From assembly GCA_046563655.1 (NCBI GenBank), contig CM102284.1, positions 2,480,001 to 2,544,000 of the forward strand: a stretch of DNA of 64,000 bases. Reading direction: 5' to 3'. Positions 51,169-63,697 of the stretch are shown here, in pieces. The stretch comes from Yuukianura sp. NJ FZ-2021 (Eukaryota). How positions within the stretch are numbered: position 1 is the stretch's first letter; each line of letters opens with the position of its first letter. A program made the position numbers and the translations under genes. The notes beneath the pieces are model-generated. The model saw only the letters and a program-made list of their open reading frames with translations, was not told the origin of the DNA and did not search any database.

Positions 51169-51700
51169 TTCATGACATTAGAGAATACAGTATTCTTTGT
51201 TTACGACTTCATGAACGATGTCTTTAGCAATCATCATACAGAACGGAGTTTTTTTTATTGGACGTTATTCGTAAAAAACTATTTTTCATTGATCGTTCTT
51301 CTTATGAAGGTTATGAAAAACGGGTTGGTACCTTTAGTTTTATTTTATTCATAGTAAATGTACAATATTCACAGCAGGTTGGATAACGTCAAACTAACTT
51401 ATCGTCAGTTTTCGTGTGTATAAGACGCGTTTTTTTTTTGAAATTTCGAAAAGTTTGGTGGAAAACAATTTTTTTAAACCTGACGATTTTTGTTACAATC
51501 GATAAAAGTGCTAAACTCCACTTGAAACGGTTTTAAGCTAATGTTAATTAATCAAATCCAGCAATTTTGGCATGGTTCCTAGCAATTCAAATTGGGACGC
51601 ATCATTGTGCAAGTATTTTCGAGAATTTCGGGGGGCGTCGTATACGCGAGATCGTCTTATATGTGAGAATGTGTGCAAATTAAAACGTTACACCCATTGT

Positions 51701-52995
51701 TCACTTCGTATGGTTAAATCGAAAATTTTCAAATTCGTTTCCAAAGGAAACAGATGGTATTACAGTAGAAAATTTTGAAGTTCTACGGTTCGTTGCAAAT
51801 GTTTTTTTCTTTAGTTGTTGAAGTCTTTTGAAAACGTTTTCAATCAGTTCAACCTGTTCTTTTATGTCCTAAATACAAAATAAGTAATTTAAAACTTGTA
51901 CATTAAACATTCTTTTTGAAACTTTAAATGTCTTATGAATCACCTGAGAAATTTCGGTAGCGTCGCTGTTTTTAGATTGTGTTTTATTGAAGATGTTCTG
52001 AATTGCGGATTTCAAGGCAAACGGCACTGTGTAGCTCGCTACCAACTCGGTTTTTAGCTCGGCCAGCCTTTCTTGTCTTTCCTTCAGCAAAAGTTGTTGT
52101 CGTTCTTGTGCCGTTTTTAGTTGAATCACTTTTTGTTCCAGACGAATCAAGTCGTCAGCATCTTCCTAAGGCACAACAAATAGTTAGCGTTATTCATTTG
52201 ATGTGACAGGTTTAAACCAAAGATTGGTTAAAAAGTGATTAAAAACTTATCCCATCGTGCATAATGCAAATAATTAAGATTTGAGAATTTTTTTATCCAC
52301 AAGCTTACGACCAGAAATTTGGCTTCATTCTTTTTGGCTTGTTCGATTTTTTCTAGCGCTTGCTCGATTCGGCGTATCGCATCCTGTCGTGTTTCAAAAA
52401 GAAATTTAAATCTAGAAATTATGTCATCTGGTGTAGAGTACTCCCCATTTGAGGCATCCTGGACACTTTTGAAAAATACTTTGACATCGTCAAATTTCGA
52501 AATTCGCTGTTTCAACATACAACGAGTTCTGTCAAGCATCGCTCGTTCTAAAAGCAAATAATTTGTTTCCTTTTGAAGTTTATTTGAATCCTCCGTCGAG
52601 GCTTTTGCTTGCTCCACAGATGAATCGTAACTTCTTGCAAACACCTACCATAAAGAAAAGCTTTTTAGAATCAAACTACTTTTAAAAATTAATAGTAAGG
52701 TTCTTTTCTTTTTCAAAAAACAGAAAACCTTAAAGTAGTTGTTGAATAGCTGAAAACTTTGGACAACAATTGCATTTTTGAGTTCAAGAATTTCAATTAG
52801 CAATTGTGTTTTTCTATGTTTCTGCTCCCACGCCTTCACTTCATGGTTTAGCTGCAGTTGCAGCATGTCAGTCAACTTTCTCTTACGTTCGAGCTCCCAA
52901 TATGGACAATCAAAAACTCGGAAGTGGAAATCTTGCAACGGCATTCTGTAACGATGTTCAAATTTTAAACTATATAAATATTTCCAATACTTCAA
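51701..52995 (-). CDS. CCDC42/CFAP73-like (DUF4200) coiled-coil protein; both ends uncertain
   Basis: Exons within ORFs 52645-52995, 52228-52644 and 51869-52150. SFQLFNNYFK and EYSTPDDIISRFKFL resemble the family. The start codon could not be fixed. Confidence 0.55.
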
Positions 52996-53554
52996 AACCT
53001 GTCGGAATTAAACATAAAACATTTTCGCTTACCTTCGCTCCTGACTAGACGCTGCATTTTTTTGCCATAGTGTAGATGTGTTTGTAAAATGAGTAAAATG
53101 AGTATTCTAGAAAACAAAATAAGCAAAGCTTACTTTCTGCTTCCCTTGTTAAGGAAGAAAGGACACTGAACAGCGATTGAAAAAAAAAATAAAACGGACA
53201 AAGATTGTTTAATCAATAATTTGTTCACTTTTTGAAGCCACCATCCCGTGGAAGCACACCATTTGTGTCAACTGAATGGGCGACTAGAATTGTCAGCAGC
53301 TAAATTGTGCCAACCTTAGCAATGCTTAAGCACGTAAAGATAAGTACAGGAGTAAAGCAAAACCTTGTAATGGTGTGCGAGTTTTTTTATTTACCCAACA
53401 AATAAATATACTAAACTATAAATTATATTAGAGCCAAACCACTCAGATATAATTTAATTCTGATGTGTTACTACATATTATACTAAAGGTATAACTGTTA
53501 TGATGTGATATGCTAATTACGCTTTCTTTCTGAGGTACTACAGTTTACCGTAAG

Positions 53555-54950
53555 TTAACCAGCTTTTAAGTTGCCGCCGTACGTAAGAAGCAAACTTGCA
53601 ACGGACTCCAGAATAATTCCACTCACTTGTAGGCAATATGCCCTGCTTTCAATGGCAAAAAATTGTCCAATTGTTATGTTCAATGGTTTTCTGCTCCTCC
53701 AGCATTTAGTGTAACAATGTGCCCGTGGATCCACTACCCGTCTCAATCCGATGTTGATTTGTATCAAGTCCTGAGACAAAATGCTCATTGCTGTTGACTC
53801 CATCAGAAACTTTCTAAAAAATAATACCGTCAACACTACTACTATGCTGATCACGATCACAAGGACAAGAGGGAGTCTGATTGAAATTAAAATGAACGTT
53901 AAGAGTATGATCAACCCCACGACAGCATTGTACAGCCAGTAATCAAGGCTGGAGAAAATGTCGTTAAAATAGGTGGAGATTATCTGTAGATACGCATAGG
54001 CCTTGCATATTTCTTCAGTGGTTTCTTCGCTGATACTTGCGCTATGAACCAAAATAATTAAATATAACAAACACTTGCGCTAAATCTTATTTACAAACAA
54101 AATAACATTTTACAGTTTTTGCCTTTACCGTAAGAACTTGAGCCACTTTGTCCCAAAATTTATGTCGTACGTTTCGATCTGACCGACGAGGAAAATATGG
54201 TAGACGGCATGGGTGTTTGCAATGGCCAAACAGAACGCTGTTAATGTCCATGTAGCGTAAACCACACACTTCGAAGCAAGCGATAGCAGTGCTAAGTCGT
54301 ATACTCCGAAAACCCATTGCCGTAGTGGTAGCAGTAATCCCTGTAACAAGTTGTGTATCGGAGTTGGAACGTAGAATGCAAGAGTCAGTGCGGGAAATAG
54401 AAGTATTGTCAACACGATTCCCGATAGTGTTAGGTAGAAGTGCAGCAGTTCTAGCCCATCACATTTGTCCAGTCCACCAGCCTGAAATTTCTTAACTAAA
54501 AACAAAGACCTCGTTTGTTTAACACGAAAAAATGTGACTCTAACTCTACAACAAAAATGACAACAGTTTTAAATAGCGTTTACCTAGCAAAGCATTGGAG
54601 GCGAAGAGTGAGTTGAAACCCTCAATGTACCTTGGGAAAGCAGTAAATGCAAATACCTCCGCAATAAACATGCATCCTGCGATATTCAAGCACCCAACGA
54701 GAAATATGCGATCAGCGAGATCCAAATTCGTAAACTTTACGATTCCAACAGCTATGACAATCATGGTTACAATTTGAACCGTCATGGCAGCAACTGCTAC
54801 TCCTCTTGTTAGAAATCGCCTAACATTTGAAGTTGTCAGAACAAGAGTAGGAATGCCATTTACCATTTGACCTCGGAATGGAAAAATTAACAAAAAGTAA
54901 CCCAAATTATGTAGAGCTGAGCAGTAACGGAAAGATTTTCTGGAAATCAT
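53555..54950 (-). CDS. GR-like 7TM receptor (duplicated unit 1, minus-strand gene)
   Basis: Three hydrophobic exons; C-terminus PLNITIGQFFAIE...ILESVASLLLTY; close paralogue of 58376-59772. Confidence 0.7.
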
Positions 54951-56210
54951 TGCATTCAGTTAATGTTCACTTTTGCAAATAAAAATTTTGGAATAAAAAG
55001 TTGGATATAAAACTCATCACGGAATTTCCGGGTAACCTTGAGTTGTACAACAACCAAATTCAATATCTAGTGAATCATATCACTTTATTTTAACCAGCAA
55101 ACTTAACAAGTACTTTGAGAATTTGAGGCCATGTTTTAGATTACGTTGATTTAGCTGCATTAGAAGGTTTATGCACTACAATTCCTTCAAATTACTTGTA
55201 GGAATTTTTTCGGAGGAAGTACTATCGTTGCGCTTGATCATGTAACGTATCGTAGTGGTTAAAGTCAAAGCTTTCAAAAATGTTTCTTGCCGAAAACTAC
55301 TGATTTGTGTGGTTGTTCTTGTAAACGATGTTCGAGAACAAACATTTTTTTCTTTCAGAACAGAAAAATATTTAAAAATTGGGTTGGTTCTAAATTTGGA
55401 AACTTCCAAATAACCTGTCCTAACCTTGAAAGACACATGCTACTATGTTTTTTATGCAAAACGTCAATTTTTCGGAACCCAACCTAACCAAACCGTGAAA
55501 TTATGTACTAGTTACGTGTAGTTACTTTTAGTTTAGAATCCTTTGATTATATTTCATTTAAAGTTCCGTGTAAAAACTTATTTAGAATGTACTTTGATTT
55601 TCTGATTCATTTAACTGTTTCAGGTGAGAGAAGAAGATTTTTGAATTGCAAAAATTGACTTTTTTTAGACATTGACTAAAACGTAACTAACTTTTTTGAG
55701 TTGCCATGAATAATGCCGTGTCGCAATCCGTACCTAGTTGCCACGCAAGTAATTCGCAATGGATTGAGCGCATCCTGTGTTTTCAATAGTTCCCTGTATT
55801 TATTATTATTTTGTCGATTCTGTTTCTCGAACGTTATTGATTTTCTATTGAGTTATAATATATTAATAATTATACACCATTCTTTAGTTAACGAAAGCCA
55901 CACGAATACTTAAATTACTACATTTAATTAATTAAATCGAATTAAATCGGTTTCGCCTATGTCTATTTTGTGATGATTTTCATTTTTTTCGCTAAACTTA
56001 ATGAGATTAAATATGCTATTGATTAAGTTTTGGAAAAATTTTAGCCAAATAGGGCGTGTTCCGTTTCAAATGATCCCTGACCAGTGATTTTCTGCTATTA
56101 ATCTAATGACCTGCTATTTGCGTTTTTATACTCTTGAAACCCTATAGTATATACCTATGTTTTGTTTCACTAAAAAATATCTTTTTTTGTAAACCAACAA
56201 GAAGTCTATT

Positions 56211-57775
56211 ATGATTTCAATTTCCGAATACAGGATTTATTTATCCACGTTGGCAATTTTAGCCAAGCCTGGATTGGCTCCGATTCAATTTCAAAATGGA
56301 TCTTTGCAAGGACGGAAATCAGTTGTAGTGAAAAGACGTTAATTCTAGATTAAAATAACGAACTTTCCAAAACACGATTTGAGATTGCAAGTTGCAATGA
56401 GGTTAACTTTTATTTTTCAAAGTTCAAAAAGGGGAATGACCTCTGTCAGTCACACGACTGGCAGAGGTTTAGTATTTTTAAAGAATGAAAAACGAATGAT
56501 GATTTGTAAAGGTGGGCTGGGTCCTTTTATAGGGCCCAGTGAGGCGGAAGTCAGGAGTTACGAGTAACTCCAGCGTAAATGAATATGCTAACAATGTGAG
56601 GATTACGTTGTTCTTAGACAATGACAATGACTCTATTTTTAGACTAACTTTACAATTTGCAAAGTTCAAAAACAAAAGAAATCTAACATGAGAAAATAAA
56701 AGGTTGTTGACTTCTTCCTTACACAGTGTTTCATTATTTGAAGTCTGGTGTAGCGCAAATTCTGAACGCATTATTCTTTGTCTTCTACATCTTCGAAGTA
56801 AGACGAAATTTTAGAAATGGTGAAGCTGCACTAGGAATCCTAGACTGCTTTCATGCTCTTGCACATTCGACTGCAGGGGCGTTTAGGATGAGCGTTCTGT
56901 TGCACTTGGACGATATTGTTCAACTAGGAAACAGTTTAATACTGTTCAACAAGATTCTTGGAGAGAAATATTTTGGACACGCATTTGGCCCGCAAAAATT
57001 CTGGAAAGATGCTCTCTACTTTGCAATTTTGTTTTTCACCGTGTCGGCAGTTGTTAGCTCGTTGTTTCAAAGAGCTTGGCTTAAAGTTGGAAGCTTTCAA
57101 TCTACCGCCGTGGATTTTTGCTTTTTCATTGGAACAATGTCGACGTCATTAGAGTTAGCATCCGACTTGGTTCTACATTTGGTTATTTTTATTCCGTCGA
57201 TAACAACGATTAGTTTCTGGCTCAAAAAATCATGGTGAGTTTCCTAAAGTTTGTTATAAAAATTCAAAACTGAAATTTGCGCTTCATTTATTTTATTAGT
57301 GTGGATTGGCACGAGGTTGAAAGCGGTGAAAACATGGAACCTGAAGAATGCTTGAAGGTGTATCGAAAAGTGACTATTTTGAATGAAGTGCATAATACTG
57401 CATTTGGATCCGTTTTCGTCCCACACATCAAGCTAAATACGATTTTGGCCTTGTACATTGTCGTTTTCGCCGTGATTTGCTTAAGGGCACAATTAGGCCC
57501 TTTTCTTGTTGGATTTTTTTTTGATTTACGCAACTATTCTTATACTCTTTTGTAATCCTGGAGCACTGGGAATGTCACTCGTTTTCAACATTTCAAAACA
57601 ATTTCATCAGAACATGAAACGTAGAGGTCACGCTGGAATTAAAGTTGACCTGAGGTCAATTCCGATCATGAAGTCCAAAGTTGGAAGCCTGTATTACATG
57701 GAAAGTGAAGCAAAGTTGACGCTACTGGACAATGTAGCTCGTGGAATTGCATTTATGCTGGTCACATTCAATTAA
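56211..57775 (+). pseudogene. GR-like receptor (unit 1, plus-strand gene) disrupted by a solo LTR and a +1 frameshift
   Basis: Matches the intact paralogue 61067-62220. It carries a 400-bp insertion at 56324-56723 and an extra base in the T run at about 57514-57522. Confidence 0.88.
56324..56723 (-). mobile_element. Solo LTR (400 bp) with 4-bp TSD
   Basis: Termini TGTA...TACA; TSD CAGT at 56320-56323 and 56724-56727; absent from the paralogue. On the minus strand, TATAAAAG (about 56531-56524) precedes AATAAA (about 56414-56409). Confidence 0.85.
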
Positions 57776-58375
57776 TTTTTTTGTGAATTGACCTCATACA
57801 GGTTTGGTCTGGTTACCACTGTAGAGTAACGAGTGTAGTGTAACTGTAGTGGCGTAGTGTATTTAGTAAGTGTAACAAAGTGTAGAGTTGAAAACAAAAA
57901 TAAGTATTAAAGCTGGACTTTCTTTTGTTCTTGTTCTTGAAGAGTCACTCACAGTATCTGCTGATTAGTCATATCCTCTACATTTTCCTGTTGACACAAA
58001 ATAAGCACAGAAATAAACCAAAACCCTGTAATCGTGTGCTATTGTTTTATTTGCCCAAACTACTACATAAACTATAAATTACATTAGAGCCAACCCAATC
58101 CGTCGCGTCGGTTTAAAAGATTGGGAGAACTTGCCAACGAGATCTACCCAGATATAATTTAAGTTTGACGTATTACTTACATATTGTACTTTAGGCAAAG
58201 CTGTTATGATATTACGACATGTTAATTAAGTGCTCCTTCTGAGCTACTACAGTGTACAGATATAATTTAACTTTGATGCATTACTACATATTACACTATA
58301 AGAAAAACTGTTACGATGTTATACTCAATGTCAATTAAGTTTTCTTTTTGAGCTACTACAAGCTTACAGTGTAAG

Positions 58376-59772
58376 TTAACGAGCTTTTAAGTTGACGCCG
58401 TACGTGAGAAGCAAGCTTGCAACGGACTCCAGAATAATTCCGCTCACTCGTAGGCAATATGCTCTGCTTTCAATGGCAAAAAATTGCCCAATTTTTATGT
58501 GCAACGGTGTTCTGCTTCTCCAGCATTTAGTGTAACAAGGTGCCTTTGGATCCACTACCCGTCGCAGTCCGATGTTGGTTAGTATCAAGTCCTGTGACAA
58601 AAGGCTTATCGCTGTTGACTCCTTCAGAAATTTTCTAAGGATTAATACTGCCAACACTACTGCTATGCTGATAAAAATCACAAGGACAAGAGGGAGTCTG
58701 ATTGAAACTAAAATGAACGTTAAGAGTATGATCAACGCCACGACGGAGTTATACTCCCAGTAAGCAAGGCTGGAGAAAATGTTGTTAAAATAGGTGGAGA
58801 TTATCTGTAGATATGTATAGGCCTTGCATATTTCTTCATTATTTCCTTCGCTGATACTCGTGCTATGAAGCAAAATAATTAAATATAACACGTGCTTAGG
58901 CTAAATCTACTTGCAAAAAAAAATTAGCATTTTACAACTTTTGCCTTTTTATTACCGTAAGAACTTGAGCCACTTCGTCTCGAAATTAATGCTGTACGTG
59001 TCGAGATGAGCGACAAGGATAATATGGTGGATACCATGGGTGTTTGCAATAGCCAAACATAGTGCAGTAAGTGTCCATGTCATGTAAACTACGCATTTCG
59101 CAGCAGGCGAAAGGAGTGATAAGTCGTATACTCCGTAAACCCATTTCCATAGTGGTAGCAGTAATCCTTGCAAGAAGTTGTGTATCGGAGTTGGAATATA
59201 GAATGCAACAGTCAGTGCGGGAAATAAAAGTATTGTCAACACGATTCCCGATAATGTTAGGTATAACTGCAGTAGTTCTAGCCCATCAGATCTTTCCAGT
59301 CCACCAACCTTGAATTTCTGAACTAAAAACAATAGCTTCGTTTCTTTAAATTAAAAATGTAACTATACAAAACAAATGTTAACGACAGTTTTGAAAAGCA
59401 TTTACCTAGCATAGCATTTGAGGCGAAGAGTGAGCTGAAACCCTCAATGTACCTTGGGAAAGTTGTAAATGCATGTGCCTCCGCGATGAACACGAATCCT
59501 TCGATATTCAAGCATCCAACAAGAAATATGCGATCAGCGAGATCCAAATTCGTAAACCTTACAATTCCAACAGCAATGACAATCATCGTGAGAATTTGCA
59601 CCGTCATGGCAGCCACTGATATTCCTCTTGTTACAACTCGTCTAACATTTGAAGTCGTCAAAACAACAGTAGGTATGCCGTTTACGATTTCACCTCGGAA
59701 TGGAAAAATTAACAAAAAGTAACCAAAATTATAAAGAGTTGAGCAGTAACGGAAAGATTTTCGGGAAATCAT
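58376..59772 (-). CDS. GR-like 7TM receptor (duplicated unit 2, minus-strand gene)
   Basis: Three exons paralogous to 53555-54950 with open frames. Confidence 0.7.
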
Positions 59773-61066
59773 TCTATTCAGTTGCTTGTCACTTCTGCAA
59801 ATAAGAGTTTTGAAATCAATTGGTGGATATAAAACTCATCGGAATTTTTGGGTAACCTTGAAATGTAAAATGTACACTGAAATGAACCTGTATGACAACC
59901 AAATTCAAAATCTAGAAGTCAATCATGTTCCTTTATTTTCAATCAGCAATCTCAAATATGTACTCTGAAAATTTGAGGCCATGTTTTAGCTTACATTTAT
60001 TTTGTGTCAACATTTTAACATTAACATAGTTTTATGTAACTCCATTTCGTTCAAATTCGTTTTAGGTATATTTTTGGAATAAGTACATACAATCATTGAT
60101 ATTGATCATACATCGTGTTGTAGTTGTTAAAGGCAAAACTTTTTCTTTTGGAAATGTTACGCCTCAAAAATTACGGATTTCCGTGGTTGTTCTTGTAACC
60201 GCTGTTCCAGAACAAGTTAGGTATTGTACTTCAACAATGGAATTTTGGTTGTTTGGTAATTTCCGAATACACAAACCTTCGATGATATGCAACTTGTTTT
60301 TTTTTAAAGCGAAACGTCATCTTTCGGAATACAACCAAGCCGTGGAATTATGTACTACTTACGTGTAGTTACTTTTAATTAAAGCCAATTTAGAATCACA
60401 TGATCACATTTCAATTAAGGTAACGCGTAAAAGCTTATCTAAAGTAGTTTGGTTTCATCACTTATTTAATTGTTTTCGGTGGCGGAATAACATTCTATTA
60501 CGAATATACGAATGTAAAAAGCAAGTTGTAACTGCCAACGGCTCTTCAGAATAAAAAAGTTCGAAGTGGAATGCAACAGTGGAAGTGGAATAGTCTTAGC
60601 TGTGTATGTGTTTTGTATAGAATATTAGAAGTCCGTTTGTAATTGAATTATACCCATTCTGTATATCGAAAAAAAAATTATGTCGAAAATCATTGATTTT
60701 ATATTGAATTATAATAACAATTATACACAATACTTGTTAACAAAAACCACAACAGGAGCAAGTGAATTATTAGATGTAATTTATTAATTAAATCTAATTA
60801 AGTCGATCCACCTATAGTACATTTTGTGATGATTTTAATTTTTTCGCTTCCCTTAATGAGATTAAATATGTTATTGATTAACTTTTGGAAAAATTTCAGC
60901 CAAATAAGGCGTTTTTTGGTTTCGAATGACCCCGGACCACTGCTTCTCTGTTATTAATCTAATGACCCTCTATTTGCGTTTTTATAATCTTGGAAGCCTA
61001 TATAAACCTATGTTTCGTTTGACTAATATTCTTTCTTTTTCTTGAAACTAACAAGAAAAGTCCATT

Positions 61067-62220
61067 ATGATTTCAATTTCCGAATACAGGATTTATTTAT
61101 CCACGCTGGCAATTTTAGCCAAGCCTGGATTGGCTCCGATTCAATTTCAAAATGGATCGTTGCAAGCACGGAAATCGGTGTTTCATTACATGAAGTCTTG
61201 TGTAGTGCAAATTTTGAACGCATTATTCTTAGTCTTCTACATCTTCGAAGTAAGACGAAATTTTAGAAATGGAGAAGCTGGACTAGGAATCCTAGACTGC
61301 TTTCACGCTGTTGTACATTTCGCTGCAGCAGCGTTTAAGATGAGCGTTCTGTTGCACTTGGAAGATATTGTTCAACTAGGAAACAGTTTAATACTGTTCA
61401 ACAAGATTCTTGGAGAGAAATATTTTGGACACGCATTTGGCCCGCAAAAATTCTGGAAAGATGCTCTCTACTTTGCAATTTTGTTTTTCACCGTGTCGGC
61501 AGTTGTTAGCTCGTTGTTTCAAAGAGCTTGGCTTAAAGTTGGAAGCTTTCAATCTACCGCCTTGGATTTCTGCTTTTTCATTGGAACAATGCTCACGACA
61601 TTAGAAATAGCATCCGATACGGTTCTGCAGTTGGTTGTTTTTATTCCGTCGATAACCACAATTGGTTTCTGGCTAAAAAAATCATGGTGAGTGTCCTAAA
61701 ATTATTATAAAAATTCAAAACTAACTTTTGCGCTTCATTTATTAGTGTGGATTGGCACGTAGTTGGAAACGGTGAAAACATGGAACCTGAAGAATGCTTG
61801 AAGGTGTATCGAAAAGTGATCATTTTGAATGAAATGCATAATATTGCACTTGGATCCGTTTTCGTCCCACACATCAAGCTGGCTACGATATTGGCCTTGT
61901 ACGTTGTCGTATTCGCGGTGATTTGCTTAAGGCCTCAATTAGGTCCCTTTCTTTTTGGAATTTTTTTGATTTACGCAACTATTCTGATATTGTTTTGTAT
62001 TCCTGGAGCGCTGGGAATGTCACTCGTTTTCAACATTTCAAAACAATTTCATCCGAACATGAGACGCAAAGGTTACGCTGGAATTAAAGTTGACCTCAGG
62101 TCAATTCCGACCATGAAGTCCAAAGTTGGAAGCCTGTATTACATGGAAAGTGAAGCAAAGTTGACGCTGCTGGACAACATAACTCGTGGAATTGCATTTA
62201 TGTTGGTCACATTCAATTAG
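61067..62220 (+). CDS. GR-like 7TM receptor (unit 2, plus-strand gene, intact)
   Basis: Two exons (ORFs 61067-61690 and 61747-62220); C-terminus MKSKVGSLYYMESEAKLTLLDNITRGIAFMLVTF. Confidence 0.7.
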
Positions 62221-62898
62221 TTTTAATGTGAATTGACCTCGTACAGGTTTGGTCTAGTTACCACTGTAGAGTAACGAGTGTAGCGTAACTGTAGTGGCGT
62301 AGTGTATTTAGTAAGTGAAAGAAAGTGTAGAGTTGAAAACAAAATGTAAGTATTAAAACTGGACTTCTTTTGTTCTTGTTCTTGAAGAGTCTCTCGCAGT
62401 ATCTGCTGATTAGTCATATCCTCTAAATTTTCGTTGTTGAATTGAATACTGAAGGGGGTTGAAATTGAAAAACAAATTGATCTCACAAATCAGCTGAGTA
62501 ATACTAAGCTTTGTACAGAACCTTTTGGATTTAGGTTTATTTTTCTTGTTTTAATTGCCGAATGCATCTTTGTACGCTATTTCGACGAACGTACGCTAAA
62601 GGTATTCTAATCTTTGGTGCCCATATTGCTACGAGTTAAACTAAAACTCATTGTCGCTGAACTCTTTTAGCCAAACAACAATTTCTTATTTTATTTTGGA
62701 TCGACCTGGGAACTGTAGTCTGCGAAAAGAAGCATTCAATGCAAAAGTGTAAGTTCAATGTAGCTTGGTTTACCTTATTTAACTTTTAGGAGTTTAGCGG
62801 TTACAACAGTTTGAAATCACAAATACTTATTAATTTTATTAAGTACTTAATTAATATTTTTAATATTGGAATATATACATTAATTAATATTTTAGGAA

Positions 62899-63387
62899 AT
62901 GGACGAAGAAACTGCCCTATTCGGAAACCACATAAAACCCGGGCAGGGGGTATTTGCAATTTTTTGGATGCTGATAAACTTCGGCTTCTCAATTGCTTGC
63001 ATTGCAATTGCTGTTGTCCATAATCATCCATCGGATTGCCCTGCTGCCGCAACTCTATCAAATTCCCTCATTGTCTTTGGAACTCTGACTATCCTTGCAA
63101 ACTTTGTTGAAGCTGTGAAGAGACGCAACGGAAGTTGCGATGACTGTACCAAATGCTGCCTATTTTTCTACGGATTGATCTACCTTTGCTATTTAGGAAG
63201 TTTCATCTCTTGTTGTTTGATTGTCTTTCCTCTGGCTCCGTACGTAAGATATGAACCTTACGCCTTTGCAGAGGTCAACTACTATTGCAACGCAACGCTA
63301 TTTCTATTCTCATACTGGCTCATGATTGCCACTTTTGTATTATACCCAATCTTCACCGTCTTCATGTACTTCTTCGGAGCAGTATGA
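62899..63387 (+). CDS. Small 4-TM protein, TMEM272-like
   Basis: Single-exon 162-aa ORF with four hydrophobic segments, DCP after TM1 and YYCNATLFLFSYW before TM4. Confidence 0.65.
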   Translation: MDEETALFGNHIKPGQGVFAIFWMLINFGFSIACIAIAVVHNHPSDCPAAATLSNSLIVFGTLTILANFVEAVKRRNGSCDDCTKCCLFFYGLIYLCYLGSFISCCLIVFPLAPYVRYEPYAFAEVNYYCNATLFLFSYWLMIATFVLYPIFTVFMYFFGAV

Positions 63388-63697
63388 GAACTACCAAAAA
63401 AAAAATGTTTTTTATTTTTGTCACAGTTTTCAACAAACTAAAAAGTTAATAATTTACTCCATCCTGAAAGGTGGAACCAGAAACTCAAAATAAAGTGTAG
63501 GCATTCACTCTGCCGTTTACTTTTTGGAAAGTTTCATCAACGTTTTCAAATGTTAATAAAAGTTTGAATTTAACCCCATTTTTTTTAAAAAAGTGGAAAT
63601 TTTTTAAAAGATGATTCTAAGGAAGCAACACAATTGACGCTTTGAGAAGAGCCTCAATGTTCAATTTAGAAAAAAAAATTGCATGACTTTTTAGTGG

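Larger units (their letters stand above)
53345..62440. repeat. Tandem segmental duplication; units about 53345-57995 and about 58005-62440
   Basis: Coding, intergenic and 3' flanking sequences align between the units, for example 57780-57990 with 62225-62435. Boundaries are approximate. Confidence 0.9.
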
